This document shows, one piece after another, positions 41,582-57,540 of a stretch of DNA of 64,000 bases. Under the pieces are notes generated by a model. It had not been told where the DNA came from, searched no databases, and worked only from the letters and a program-made list of their open reading frames with translations. This DNA is from the human T2T-CHM13v2.0 reference genome, Homo sapiens. The stretch is from NCBI RefSeq assembly GCF_009914755.1, contig NC_060926.1; one strand, 5' to 3'. Position 1 is the first letter of the stretch; every line of letters starts with the position of its first letter. Position numbers and translations under genes: made by a program.

Positions 41582-43467
41582 CTATTGCCAGACCTTGGTA
41601 CAAATAGACATTTTACTCAGTGAAAAGAAATCAATCTTAATGGGAAGTAGAATTATAAATGGTTAATGAAACCATTTAATATAATATTTCACCTTTTCTT
41701 AAAGCTTAAAGTGTAATTTAATTTGGAATGAAAATTAAAATATATCCAACAGGAAAAGCAGCAACAATATTCTACAGTGGCTTAACATGCGTGACTCAAA
41801 CCACGAGCTCAGGATTTATCAAGTCTTCAGCTTGGCCTTTGGTAATGCCAGGGAGTCAAGGGTAATGTTTTCGCATCTCCTTTCTGCTGTCTTGAGGGAA
41901 GTGAGGCCACAGACACTGGCTAAGATTTGACTGTTTCTTGTATTTTACATGCTTCTCCAGAAAATTCTTTCTATTAGGGTGAAACTACAGCTAACCCTTT
42001 TCTCAACTTCATTTTCAAAGGGGAAAAAATTGACTCACACCTCCAGAAACTTTGAAAATCAAAGAAATATATTCTAAAAAGACATTTCTCAAGAGTCAAA
42101 ACATGAACTCTGCAAAGAAATGAAAAAACCCTGTGGTATTTTCACATAAATTTATGTAAACAGAGGTATCTCTAGTAGTGCATCCTCCCCAACACATACT
42201 TAAAAAATTTTTGGAACCACCTTCTGATTTATAGTGAAGTGCATGGAATTCATTGTTTACTTTTCTGCTGGCCTCCCTCACATTATTGGCAATGGATAGT
42301 TTATGCTTTTTCTCCCTCCTCCTCCCCGATTGTGGTTTTGGATTACTATTCACAAATCCCTGCTCTCGAGTGTCTGATTGCAGCCTTGCTCTTTTTTGTC
42401 AGAGAGTTCCAAATGAGTGTGTTCATCTCCCTCTTCCCGCCTGGTCTGGTGGCTGTATCTCCTCCCCATCCCAAATGCTCTCACACAATCCACTTGCCCT
42501 CTCCTTCACAGGCTGGACCTGCCCCTCTCCTTGCTTGACTGCAAGCTCTTTTACAGGGTGTCCCCAGGGCCTAGCAGAATGCCTGACTCAACACAGGCAC
42601 TAATTATATGTCCGTGGAATGCAGCACAGAAGAAAGCAAAGCCCTCTCCTCACCTGTGGGACCTGTCATATTGTCATACTGAAGGACCATAGCTTTGTCC
42701 TTCTTCAGAATTCATAGATCAATTTCCATCTCCACTCCCTTCGCAGACACCTAATCACACAACAGACATTTACTGGGCACTCGGGATGGATTAGGTGCTG
42801 GATAAAGCCCTTTAAGCCCCTCACAGCTTCATCATCCCCATTTTACAGCTGGGAACACTTAATGTGCGAATGTGCCTGGTGATACCGGGCTTCCATGCTA
42901 CCCTGCTGTAAGGCGCAGGTACTGAAACAGGACCGAACCCCTTCACTCAGCCGCAGAGCACTGCATTTCTGTAAATTGGGGTCCCTTTTCACTTCAGTCC
43001 TTTTACTTGCTTCTGAAGAAACTATATACTACCTAGTCTGGGTGGCTGGTATTCTCAGGAACACACCATGAGTTTCCCCAGTTGCCCCCTCTTTGTTCAG
43101 TCTTGCTCTTTAGCCTGAAGTGGCTGCCAAGCTCTAACTTCCTTAGGTCTTGGCCTAAATGTCCCCTCATCCACGATGTCTTCTTGGAAACCTCCTTCTC
43201 CCACACCACTCTGCCAGGTCTCATTGCACTCATCACAAACCGCCAGGCTGCAGGGGCTGAGAGTGCAACTGCCACTTTCCATGCCGGGAAACAGAGACAT
43301 CTCATCCAGTCTGACGCTTCTGCATCTGCCCAATGCAGGGGAGCTAAATGAGAACCTGGAAAGGTGAATACACTTTACCCAAGAAAGGCAATAAATCTGT
43401 GCAAAGAGAATGGAAGTATGAAAAGCACAACAGAAAAATGAAGCTTTCTGAAATTAGTTTTTTAGAC

Positions 43468-44042
43468 CAGACGTTGGAAAACTTTTTCAATTAAGGGTCA
43501 GAGAGTTAAGTATTTTAAGCATTGTGGTCCACATCTCTGTCACTACTCCACTCTGCCTTTGTAGCACAAATGTAGCCAGAGACCATAATTAAATGAATGA
43601 GTTCATTTAATATTCCACTGAAAAGCTAAAATTTGAATTTCATTAAACTTTCATGTATAATGAAATATTATTACTCTTTTGATTTTTGTTCCCAACCACT
43701 TAAAAATGTAAAACCTGGGCAGATCACCTGAGGTCAGGAGTTCAAGACCAGCCTGACCAACATGGCAAAACCCTGACTCTACTAAAAATGCAAAAATTAG
43801 CCAGGTGTGGTGGCACACACCTGTAATCCCAGCTACTCAGGAGGCTGAGGCAGGAGAATTGCTTGAACCCGGGAGACGGAGGTTGTGATGAGCCAAGATC
43901 AAGCCGCTGCACTCTAGCCTGGGTGAGAGTGAGACTCGGTCTCAAAAAAAAAAAAAAAGTAAAAACCATTCTTACTTGTGGACCACACAGAAATGGGCAG
44001 TGGACTGCATTTGGCCCATAAACCCTAGTGTGTTAACCCCTG
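43468..44042 (+). mobile_element. MER58B-like hAT-Charlie element interrupted by an Alu
   Basis: cag...cctg termini; aaatttgaatttcat...caaccacttaaaaatgtaaaacc resumes after the Alu as aaaaccattctta...atttggccca. Confidence 0.75.
43716..43958 (+). mobile_element. 5'-truncated Alu (AluS type)
   Basis: Starts at gggcagatcacctgaggtc; A tail; TSD-like aaaaatgtaaaacc / aaaaagtaaaaacc. Confidence 0.93.
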
Positions 44043-44674
44043 TCCTATATCAGTGGTTACTATTTTTTCAGGCCAAAAACCATTTGGACAATCTGATGAA
44101 ACTGATGTACCTCTCTCTAGGTGGGAAAAGCCTCTCCACTGACATACATACAACATCTGAAAATTCCATGGGCATAGATTAGGAATTTGGGCTCCAGCAA
44201 TATTCTTCTTTTTAAAAGTGCTCTGGTAGAGCGAAGGGGTATGTGATGGGGGGAACAACTTTTTGACAATAATTAGTGGATCACCCAGTACTAAATAGCT
44301 TTATCTATTAACAGTCATAAATTAAACATCAGGTTCAGAAATCAGCAATATAAAAGCAACCTTTCCCCATTTGAAAACATTGAGTAATGGAATTTGGGAA
44401 GTCAGCCAGGAAACTCACGTGCATCAGTCATCTTCCCTGCCCATTTTCAGATCAAAGGTTTATGGTCCTGGACTCTGCATGGCCTGGGTTACTCTCCATG
44501 ACCCCAGGTGTACTCTGCACCCTGTGCATGCTCAGCAAGGCAGTTCACCCGTGGCGCAGACAGGAATTTTTGAATTTTCTTATAAACATACTTCCCTTCA
44601 GTGGCAGCCTTGAGCCAAGATTATGCCAGTCTGAGATGTCAAAGAATCATTTAAAAAAAAAAAAAAAAAAAAAC

Positions 44675-44994
<320 letters not shown>

Positions 44995-45309
44995 TTACTG
45001 AAAAGTTTAAGTCCCACTTAAAACCAGAAAAATCCAACCAGCAGGATTATCATCTATGCTTTGCATACTGCATGCTGCTTTTATTCTGCAAAAACAGGCC
45101 AATACTGAGTAGCTTTCTTATGTAATGGTTTTGGTGGGGTAGAAGAGGGACCACCCCTGCAGTCCAGGCCTTCCTGAGAGCCTGGACAACTTACTCAGGT
45201 TAGACATATGAGCCAGCAAGCTCTTCTACCTTCTGCAGCTGGATTAGTCCAACGGGAATATGGTTGATTTTAATACTAAAATGACGGAGTAATTTCTGGA
45301 TGTAAAATA

Positions 45310-45530
45310 ATAAGTTCACACCCATGTGGAGTCTACTATGTGCCAGGAACTATTCTAAGTGCTTGACATAAGCTCATGACCACCCTATGAGGTGAGTACT
45401 GCAGATCATGCTCTGCAGACAAAGAAACTTAACAGCAGAGGATTTAAGTAACTTGCCCACTATCGCCCAACTGGGAAGTGTTGGAGCCGGGATTCAATTC
45501 AAGCTGTTGGCTTCAGATTCCCAGTTCATA
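45310..45530 (-). mobile_element. MIR SINE
   Basis: ctactatgtgccaggaact...accctatgaggtgagtact...taagtaacttgccca...gagccgggattcaa. Confidence 0.8.
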
Positions 45531-47285
45531 CTCGCTCCCTCTATGAAACCTCCACCCATCCATTTGGAAAATGTTGCTAGCTAGCTTCACCTTCTTGTTT
45601 CTTTTCAGCATAAAGTTCCTCACTTAAAGAAATCTATTCCTAGAGAGCTTGTGTGTAAACTAAATTAATTTTATAAGGCAAATTATATGTGAATGCACTG
45701 AGAGAGACTTGTTGAAAATCACACAACAGAGAATCCCCTTGTAAAGTGACCACCTGTCCCAGCATAATGCCTTGCAAACAGTAAGCATTTAATAAATGTT
45801 TGTTGGGTAATATTAATTCCCTTAATTTGTGTAAATGTTTCTTTTGGTACATTAAGGATACTTAAAATAAGGTATTTATCATCAACTGGAAATCATATTG
45901 GAGGGAAAAATGCTACAAAGAGCAACTGCAACCGTGGAATGATTAATTCAGTGAATCACCCGAGGAAGCGGGCGTACTGCCAGTGCTGGCCTCAGGCTCC
46001 ATGCCACCCTCTGCTCTGATGGGGATGCCAACCCTCCCAGGTTCGCTGACAAATCCCTCAGGAGAGGAATGGGTGGGATGAGATGAAGCAGATCTGAGGG
46101 CTGCAGCACCCGTACACCCGCACAGTCGTAGCATGCAGGTCCTAATGTGCAGATGTCACTAGCTTCCAGTTTATTTATATCCTGTGTGACAATCTGAGGC
46201 TTTGATGTTGCAGCTTTATAGGCCAGGGGTCGTAACAGTTCAGAGAAGACACAGCAAGACTTTATATCTATTGTGTCATCCAGGAGCAGAGAGAGCAGGG
46301 ATGGGGTATGTCATGAGCTGGGTGTGATGAGCCCCAGAGCCATTCAACAGATGTTGGGTGGGGTTACTACAGTAGAACATGCCCTTTCCAATCCCCTAGA
46401 TTCAGGCCACAGAATTTTTGGCAGAGAGGAGATAAAAGGAGGGATTTCTATGCAAGGTCATTTTGAAGTCTATCCATAGTGCTGGCAGCGTGAACCACTA
46501 TTCTATACACACAAAGCCATCTAGATAACTTACTCATCCATTCATCCATCCACCCATCCATCCATCCTCTGCTTATCTATTAGTTTATTCTACAAATATT
46601 GGTTGGGCATATGCTATGTCGCAGGCACCCTACTACACACTGGAGATACGATTGCAGGATTGGCCTCTACTGCGTAGAACCTGTCTTACTTCAGTCAACA
46701 ATGAATGTACTGCTCTAGATAAAAGTTAGGAGATTTATGATTTTACATTATGTGCTGTTTTCCTTCAAATTTTTGAGCTTTCCAGTTCTCATTATGAACA
46801 ACGAACACAAAATAGCATCATAACAAATCTAATCAACTTTAGCACTAAATCAATGCAGGCAGCAGGGAGACTCACCCTGGTTCAAGTTCAGGCCTTAGTT
46901 GTTGGAAACGCAGCCTGGCTGCCCTTCTCACTTATCAGAGAAGCAGGGCTTCCACCCATTTCTGCTAATTCCTAACAAAGTCACAAACCAGCCTCATCCT
47001 CCTGTGGATTTCACTTGCTGCAGGCTCTGTGGTGAAGGGATATGGCCTAACAGGAAAACTAATGAGGGTAACATGGGCAGAGGAAGGAGAGGCACTGATC
47101 CTGGCCAGGCTTCCCACTCCAGGAACTAGTAAATCACCAGGTAACAGGCTGAGCAGGTTACTAAGAGGCGTAACTCACCTGGTTTTGCTTGGCCCTGCTG
47201 GATCTTTGCATGAGGCCAGAAAACGGTGTATCATCATGTACTAGAGCATTTTTCCCAGAGAGCATCTAGAGTCTAGTTCTAGAAA

Positions 47286-47375
47286 AACCGCAACCTTACC
47301 AGTGTTAACAGAGACCAGAGCTATATTTTAACCGCAACCTTACCAGCGTTAACAGAGACCAGAGCTATATTTTAA
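47286..47375. repeat. 44-bp tandem duplication (1 mismatch)
   Basis: aaccgcaaccttaccag(t/c)gttaacagagaccagagctatatttt x2. Confidence 0.97.
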
Positions 47376-49000
47376 ACTCCCTAAAAAACACATTCCTGTG
47401 GCATTTCCAAAAAAACAATATTCTTTGGTAATATACATTCCACACAAAATCTCCATAGTGAGTCTTAAGTGTGACTTAAAGAACTACTGAGAACAAGAAC
47501 TTATTGACGAATTCACATAAGGCCAAAAATCCGTCCTGAGAATTGCTTGTTTCTTGAGCCCAGCACTTCACACAGCTGTGCCTTGGAAACGGATCTGTAA
47601 GTGGGAAAGACTTCGTCTCTTTGGGGAATAAATGAGACAGCAAGAGCAGAGCACTGAGCACAGTCCCAGCCCATGAGAAGGACTCAATACATTTTTAACT
47701 AACTTATTCAAATATTTTGGTCCAGCAGGCATAGGCCTTGGTCCTATTCCCACCTTCCACACTAACTTGCTGTGTGACCTTGAGCAAATGACTTTACCTC
47801 TCTGAGCCTCGGTTCTCTCACCTGTGCCTCACAGCGGTGTTGTGACTGTGTCCTGGAACCACTCCAGGTTCTGTCTAAGCTCCCAGGACTATTGCGGGAA
47901 GGAGGGAGGACAAGGACTAGACCTGCCAAAACTGAGAAGCAATCTCCCATTTGCTTTCTGGCCATACACTTCTATATTATATCTCACTTGAACAAAGGTT
48001 TCCAGGTCCTTAAAAAGTTTATAAACCATTGATAAGTTCTAAAGCCCCTTTCCAATGGAATCTTTTTCAGAGCAGGTGCTCATGGCTCATCCTCCCTACA
48101 GGCAGATATTGGTGACAGACCAAAAGGCCACACCAGGCTTTGCTGGTCTTCTCCTGGGAAGCACTGACTTTTCCATACTCTGTTTTTTCCGCCTCAGTGT
48201 CCTTCCTCCTCACTGCACCCTGCTGGAAGCCAACCTGCTCAATCTGCACATTCTCCAGGGGGTATTTTTTGTTCCTGGGGTCGTGAAAACCCCATGTTCT
48301 CCTCCTCAGAATGCCTCCATTCTATTGCTCGTATCTCTCTTATCACTCCTGGGGGCATTTATCTGAATGTTTTCTATCATCTACTGATGATAAGCGCTAC
48401 AAGGGCACAGGCTTTCTATGGACATTTGGGAGTAGAAACAGAGGCTGCCCATCAATGATGATGATTAAAGGTGGCTGGATGGAATCGAAAGGCAGACTTT
48501 GAAACCTTTGGGTAAATTTTTACTCCATTGGACAAACCCAGAAACATTTTTAAAAACTTACTAATCGATTTTCCCCCTGAATGAATGGGTTACTACAGAC
48601 ATTTCTAACCAAAATAATGAATTACTAACCACGGAGCACAGCCCACAGCCTTCCTGATGTACTTAATGCAACTCCAGAGAAAATGGATGCTTCCGTACTG
48701 CTGTGATGGTGCCTTCAGGAATCTGAGGGCACCAGCTGTAATCACACAGAGGGAGACACGAAGCAGTATCTAATAGCTTGTTCGTTCAAGCCAGAAAGTC
48801 AGGTTTGAATACAGATTCGTACTTGGTCATTTTCTTAATCTGTAGGCCTCATTTTCTTATCTGTGAACAGGCACACGATGACAGTTGTTGGAAAGACAGA
48901 CTGACTTTAAAGAGTCCTAAGATAAAGCATGTGATAATCCCTGTGTCTGGTACATGGTGAGTACTCAATGTATGCTAGTTGTTATTTAAAAACAGCAACA

Positions 49001-49464
<464 letters not shown>

Positions 49465-49499
49465 TCAGGAAGTGAAGTCTTGGAGCACAAAATGACCGT

Positions 49500-50015
49500 G
49501 GAGCTCCCTAAACTTAATCCACAGATTTCCTGCATTTCTCTAGGCCTTACAAGGCTCTTTGGGACCTGACCTTGTCCCTTCCACTCTCTTCTTCAGTCAA
49601 AAGGCTCCAGTCACCCCAACCTCCTTGCATTTCCTCCAACACCCCAAGCACATCTCCTCTGCAGGGCCTTTGCACTTGCTCTTCCTCTGCCCCCTGCTAT
49701 TGGTGTGGATGGAGCCCTCCTGCTCTTCACATCACTGCCACAGTTCATTTTATCCATGAGGATTCCCTGACCTCCCCTCATCGGCCCCATCCATTTTGCT
49801 CTGCTCAGGTTTTCTTCACCACATTTATTGCTACCTGGCATATTACACTGCTCTTTTTTTATCTGGTTATTGTCTGTCTCCCCCAATTTGAATGTAGGCT
49901 CCATAACACCAGGGGCTGGCTGCTCTGTCCATTGTCATCCTCATCTCTAGAGTTGTGCCCAGCCTGAGGACGTGAAGATGCTCAACAAAGAGTTGCTGAA
50001 GGAAAGAATGAATGA
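49500..50015 (+). mobile_element. L2 LINE 3' fragment
   Basis: agggcctttgcacttgct...ttattgtctgtctccccc...gaatgtaggctccat...ctcaacaaagagttgctgaaggaaagaatgaatga. Confidence 0.75.
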
Positions 50016-50133
50016 CTGTCAGCGGGGATGACACAGTGGGAGGCTGTGATCCACTTTGCCATTCACTTTTGAAAAGTTCTCCCTAGAAAGTGTAAAACTG
50101 TTTACAAGCCAAGCATTCAGGACAAGAGTCTTA

Positions 50134-50247
<114 letters not shown>

Positions 50248-50450
50248 CTAGGAAAAAACAATCACAGAATTGGTATTGACAAAAAAAAAAAAAGTAACAT
50301 CATTGCACACATTTTAAAACTGCACAAAAACGTCTGCATTATGGTCATAAAATTATCACAATCAGACATGTTCCAACAATTTAATATACATAAAATGAAC
50401 ATAAGGGAGAGTCATGAAATGCAACCTTTTCATGGTCAGGCAGAAACAGA

Positions 50451-50457
<7 letters not shown>

Positions 50458-50499
<42 letters not shown>
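50458..50499. repeat. (TA)21 microsatellite
   Basis: Directly visible. Confidence 0.97.
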
Positions 50500-50504
<5 letters not shown>

Positions 50505-51738
50505 TATATAAAACTTGAAGGTCCAAAGCACTTCTGTTTAAATAATGAATGTTTATATCTTTATAATTTATCACTTTGTGCAAGCAAGGATAAACCTCTT
50601 AAAATCAACTTTATTATTTGCAAATATACCCTGTCTCCCTGAGACCAAAAGTCTTTGATGCCTGTCAGTATGAAGAACACCTTGGGTTCTGCCAAAGACA
50701 CCATCCACCAGAAAAATCAGTTTACCTGAGTCAACGGTGTCAATTAGGAAGCCATCATTTCCACTCTAAATTCAGGTTCACTATGTTGGAGCTTTACAAT
50801 CAATATTATGACTGAAACCTATAAAACCTTTTTAAATATACACATAGATCTTCGATTGACAGATTAGTTAGAAATAATATGATATTTTTAGTGAGAACAC
50901 TTTATGGAGTTTTTTTTGTATGTGCCAGTTTCGCTCATCAAAAAATAACATTCCACTGAAAACACATCTCCATATTTAGTCTCTGATCTTTTTTTTTCTT
51001 TTAACTTCCTCTGTCTTCCTAAAATGGCAGCTCTTCATAAAGCAAATTGAGTGAGTTGGTAAAAATAAAAATCCCCTTTTCCAAATTTCTTACAGAAAAA
51101 ACACTTTACTATTAGATTCTCCTGCAGACAATACTGTAGCCATTATTATTACGGTACTAGTGAAGAATTTCTGGTTCCCTTCTAAACCCCATCTCACCCG
51201 GCTTACGCTGCTTAACAAAGCTCCTCAATTTTAGTAAACACGCAACCCTGACGAGGAGAACAGCTTTGAAAACCAAGACGTGACACTATTATTCCAAATG
51301 TAGGACATGAAAAATTTACATTAGTGCCAAATCTATAATAGAACCACTAAAACTAGTCATGTATCCCGTTAACCAGTAATACAATCTGATATATAACTGA
51401 GCTTTGCAACTTCGTCGAGGGCACAATCCAACTTCTACAAATGAGACGAGCTTCTAATTCAATTATAGCCTCTCTTTTCCTCCATTCAAGCATTTTCATT
51501 CCCCTTATCTCTTTCTAAAGCATTTTCCCCATTTTTTCTGCTTGTCATTCCTCAAAGTTTTTGGAGAAATTACAAAACCTTAAATCACACTCTTTCCTGG
51601 GATAATAAAAATACTTTAAAATTGCCAGATGCTGTTGACTTCAGCAAGAGTAATCACAGCAAGCTGTTGAAGAGAGACTGACAATATTTTCATTAGCAAG
51701 AAGGGATTAAATGAAACCATTCTCTTCCCATCAAATCA

Positions 51739-51954
<216 letters not shown>

Positions 51955-52974
51955 TTACAAGAAGTAGCTGATAAATTGGCTTTGGCATTCAAAATATTGT
52001 TCTCATTAGCTTTAGTAATTACAGTAGAGTTCAACTAATGAACCACTTTGCATTTGCTGGGCTTCCAAAATCAGAGTAATACAAATGAATAAAAATAAAA
52101 TCTTCAAGGATATATCTGGATTGTAAAAATAAGTAACCCGTTGGACCATTTTAGAATATTTTAGCATGCAATATTTAATATAAGCTCTACATTTTTTTCT
52201 TTATCTTATAATCCTCTAAATTTATGCCTCAAAACATACTAAAAGTAAATTTCACACAGGAGGCTGATTCTCCTTTCTAATTTTCAAACAGTCAACATGC
52301 CAGCATACTCTCCCCAACTGGGCTCAGTTTGTACTGAGCCCGCAGGGTACTGGTGGGTGGTGTGTAGCTCCAGGCTATCAAACCAATATGGTGCCCAGAG
52401 TTTACTACTCTTGGCACAAACAAGGTGTGGGAAGGATAGATTTAGAATGGCAAGGAACTCCATTGAGACCCCTACTGAGAAACATCTCCTTGCCCAGCCC
52501 AGAAACTGAAAACTCCCTTAGATTAACACACTGCTCTGGTGTATATGCTGATGGGTAAGAGAAGAGGGTCAAAGAGGGAGGCAAATAAAAGACCAGATCT
52601 TGCTTTCCAGTACATTGTCGGGCTTCTTCTCAATCTCTGGCAAAGATAGCTCTTCCCTATGATTATTATGGGGTCTATACATGAGATATTCAATCACTGG
52701 CTCTTAATATGTTGAAAACTCCTTCACCAACCGGGAATGGAGGAATTAAGTGGACTGGGTGGAGACGCCTAGATATTCCACAAGTCTCATGTAAGTGTAA
52801 ATGTAAAAGCAAAAGCATAGAAACTAGAATCTTAGGGTTGGGAAATCATGCATTCTAATCAGTTTTCAGATGCCTGATACCTCCTTTCAAGTTACTTCCA
52901 AATGCTTTTTTTCAACAACAAGAATAATAGCAAAAATAATTACTGTAATAAAATGTAATAATAATTATTGTGAT

Positions 52975-53195
52975 GAGCAGCTGACATTCAATGAGTGCTA
53001 ACTATGCGCCAGGTATTGATAAGCAATTGACATCTATCATCTCAGTTAAGGCTCACAATAACCCATTGTATTGATAAAGTGAGACAAGCTTGAAGAGGAT
53101 CAGAAATTTGTCTAGGATCACATGGCTAAGAATTGGTAGAATCAAAAACCAACCCAAATCTCCTTTGACTCATGCTTTTCATCTCAGTGCTATAC
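52975..53195 (-). mobile_element. MIR SINE
   Basis: agctgacattcaatgagtgctaactatgcgccagg...ctcacaataaccc...ggatcacatggctaag. Confidence 0.7.
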
Positions 53196-54856
53196 TGCCC
53201 TTTCCTGCCTCTATTTTAGTATTTCCAGTAATAGAAAACCTACTTCCGGGTTAAGCAGCCTATTCTTCCTTTGACTGCCTCATATCTATATCACTGATCT
53301 ATACACTCTTATGTAGCAATTTAGAATTTACAAAACATATCATATTTAGTCTCTGGGTGGTGATTCATAGCTCATTGCACAAAGAAGGAAACTGAGGCAT
53401 GGAGCAATCCAGTGAATTGCCTGAGACAAGAAATAGAACCCAGCCCTTATGACTCCAAGTCATGGTTTCTATTATAGTAAGAACTTGTTCATATACTGAG
53501 TTGACTTCTCATTCTTTGCAACTTTTACCCATTGATTCTGGTCTATAACACAGCTGCAATTACATAAAATCAATATAATCAGACCAAGATTTTGTTTTTT
53601 AGAATTACTTGTAAGTGTAATTAGCAGGTAGTGATGTTTGTCTTGAATTAGTGGTTATTTGGAATGCAGGACATATTTTTCTGTATTGACAATGTAGTAA
53701 TTTCCTTCTAGGAACTGAAGCTATTAGAGAGGCCCAAATTGGAGCTGTGAAGCTGTTCTGCATGTGAATGGCCTAGTCGTGAACATGCAAAAGACTCCCT
53801 CCAGCAATTATCTACTTTAGAAAGAATGAAAGTGTTAGCTGCCCTCTTATCTTCCAGAGGGCCAGCTGTTTCTGAGAGAGGGTCACAGCTTTGGAAAGAG
53901 GCCACTCTTGTCAAGGATCCTGGAGGCTGGGTTGTGCTGTCCAAGGGTTAAAGAATCTCTAAGTAGCTAGTGCTAGTAAATTTCATTGTAAGTTTTAGTC
54001 AAGCACTTATTTCTAGGACATGAAAAGTTATCTTTCTTTTAATGTGATTTGTTGTTGTTGTTATAATGAGTCAACTAAACTTGACTTGGACTTGGTAAGA
54101 ACTAAAATTAAGTCATGAAGAAAAATTATTTTTTTAAACTACAAAGAAGAAAAAAATAATACGATGAAATACAGATAAGTCTTTCTAATAAGTATGAGGA
54201 AACCTTGTGAACAGTTTGGAGCAGCCTCAAAATGCCTTTTATCTTGGCAAATACAGACACAAAAAATGTTTTTCTAATATTTTCTAAGTTTCTAAAATGT
54301 GTTCCTAATAGTTTCGACAACTCTGTATCCTAAAAGGGAGAATATTCCTTTTTAACTTTTTTAGTTTTATTAGTCACTTTTTCCTAAGCCTTTCTAATTG
54401 CTTTTTTATTCTTAAAAACAGGAAATCATAATTTGTCCAAGTTCAAATAAATACAAATCCTCTATAAAATAGGCATTTTCTTCCCCTGTACTCTCCAACC
54501 TGTATATATTATTTTATCATCTTCTCAATGTGATGGGATTATTTAGCTTTCCTTAGTAACTTTCGGGTTAGGTAGGCTTAATTAGAGAAATATCTGATGT
54601 TAATCTGGAGGCTTTTATGTTCCAGTAAAGGCAGAAAAGGTCTACCTACACAGAAAAGCCCTTTGTATCAATATAACAGAGACAAGAGGAGTATTGTCAG
54701 GCAATGAGGACAGAGGAGTGCTAGGAATAGTTAAATTCTTGGTCAAGGAGACATCTGGTGCTGTGAGTTCTAAGAGAAATCTGATGACATTTTAAACAAT
54801 GAAACTTTTTTTCAATCTCATTTAAATTTTCCCATTGCAAAAGAAACATTTAACTA

Positions 54857-55027
<171 letters not shown>

Positions 55028-55490
55028 CTAGAAGGAAAAAAAACAAGCATTGATATCTATAATACATGTCATATTTTTATCCCGGAATTGTAGAAACACT
55101 TATCTATTGCAAATGTAAGGATTACCATAGTCAAATATTCCATTCAAACAGGAAGAGTCATTTACTCCTTCCCTCTCATTCTTAAATTACAAGTGTACAG
55201 CCTATAATCCCAAAATAATCCTAAAACCATTAATAATGTGTTAAAAATGAGAAGTACATAACTACCACTATTTGAATGCTAAAGTATATGAGAAGACCGA
55301 GAAGGCTGACCACTTCTACAGGATGATATATGCTTGTATATTTCTTTATTGGGAGAGTGAGTAGAGAGAAGGCAGTTGCATTCTGGAAGAGAGAAGTTCA
55401 GCTGCAGACAAACATTAGATCCTGGGCAATAACACTATGTTCTATAGTGAAGTATTGAGTTCCTAAGATGTCTGCTTTGTATCAGGGTTA

Positions 55491-55667
<177 letters not shown>

Positions 55668-55736
55668 TCACATTGGGGTTTCCTTAAAAATATGACAGTA
55701 GGAAAGCCTAATAGATTTTATTGGGAAGTCACTGAC

Positions 55737-55789
55737 CTTTTATTTAAATCATAAATGTCATATGAAGCTGTGTAGGAATGCCTCCATTG
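55737..55789 (-). CDS. DPP4: DPP4 exon 6 (R125)
   Basis: QWRHSYTASYDIYDLNK(R); 53 nt. Confidence 0.99.
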
Positions 55790-56289
55790 CTATGAAAGAA
55801 AACAGACATTTCAGGCTTCTGTGATACTTGATAATTTGGCCACTCACTATAGGAGACCAAGATGATAGGTTTGGTAATATATGATTGTATAATTCTCACA
55901 TGTTATCATATCTTATAATTTCCTCCGAGAATTTTGGGATTCAGAAGTATCCTAGAGATCATCTCATACAAACTCCTCTGGAGTTCATCTACAACCTAGC
56001 TCTGGCACCACCTCCTCCAGGACCACAGTGCACCAAAAATGTCATTTTGTACAAACATTATCCCTAGCACTCACCATAGTGTGCTAAGATTGCCTACTTA
56101 GAAAAATGTAAATTTTCACTTTTCACCTACTTTATTGGCAAAAGATTTAAACGATATATGATGCTATTGCTGATGGTGATGTGAAGAAATGTTTAACTTC
56201 ATACACTGATGATGAAAGGTAAAGTGTTATAAAGTTTTTGGAAGCCCCCTGGCAAGATATATTAAAATTAAAATACATATATCATCAAT

Positions 56290-57540
56290 ATTTTAACAAC
56301 CATCTCAAAAAGCTAGAAATGAAAGTCAAATTTTCAGTGACTGCAGAAGCATAGGGAAATAAAATTTTTTTTTAAAAAGGAAGTCAAACTAAATCCAAAG
56401 TAATTAGAAGAAATGAAATAATAAAGGTAAAAGCATTGATAAAGTAGAAAACACATAATAGAAAAAATCAACAAAGCCAAAACTCAAGTCATCGAAAAGA
56501 CTAGTAAAATTGCAAACATAGTAAAACTTAGGAGTAAAACAGCACAAATGACTGGTATCAGAAAGGAAAAATGGGATATCACAACAGACTCCACAGATGT
56601 TAAAAGATCATAAGAGGCTATTATAAACATTTTTTTGCCAATACATTTTAAAAATTAGAGAAAAGCAAAAAATTTCTTGAAAAATAATTTCTTAAAAGTG
56701 AGAAAAATTCTGAATAGTCTTATATCTAATAAACAAATTGAATCCAGATATAAGAAACTTTACATAGAGAAAACTCCAAGGCAAAATAACTTTACCAGCA
56801 AACTTCTTGTTATTTATTCAAATGAGTTGAGAATTTATGCCCACACAAAAATCTACACACAAATGTTTATAGCAGCTTTATTCATAACTGCCAAAACTGG
56901 GAGGCAACTAAGATGTCATTCAACAGGTGAGTGGATAAACAAACTGTAGTAGAGATCCATACAATGGAATCTTATTTAATGATAAGAAGAATGAGCTATT
57001 AAGCCACAAAAAGACATGGAGGAATCTCAAACACATATTGCTAAGTGAAATAAGCCAATGTGGTAAGGTTACATATTGTATGATTCCAACAATATGAGTT
57101 TCTGGAAAAGGTAAAACTATGGAGAGAGTAAAGAGATTGGTGGTTGCTTGGAGACTGGGGGAAGGAAGGGATGAATGGGGGAAACACAGGGATTTTTAGC
57201 ACAGTCAAAGTCATCTGTATAATACTATAATGGTGAAACATGTCATCATACTTTTGTCAAGAGCCATAGATTTGTCAGAATCCACCATAATGGTAGATAC
57301 ATGCCATATATTTGCCAAAACCCACAAAGAGTTAAGCCTAATGTAAACTATGGACTTAAATTAATAATGATATATTAATATTGGCTCATTTGTTATAACA
57401 AATGGACCACACTCATGCAAGACATTAATAATAGGGGAAAGTGGGGGAGGGAGGATAAGGGAGTATATGGGAACTCTCTGCTTATTTTCTATAAACCTAA
57501 AGCTGTTCTGAAAAATAAAGTGATATTAATTAAAAAAAAA
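56290..57540 (+). mobile_element. Old L1 (L1MC-like): ORF2 remnant plus 3' UTR and A tail
   Basis: gaaaaaatcaacaaagccaaaa, cacacaaatgtttatagcagctttattcataactgccaaaactgg, aatgtaaactatggact; aataaa and A run at ~57515-57540. Confidence 0.85.

Noticed and set aside
56677-56949. 90-aa ORF resembling L1 ORF2 (MFIAALFITAK)
   Set aside because: Fragment of an ancient, rearranged L1; not an intact retrotransposon gene.
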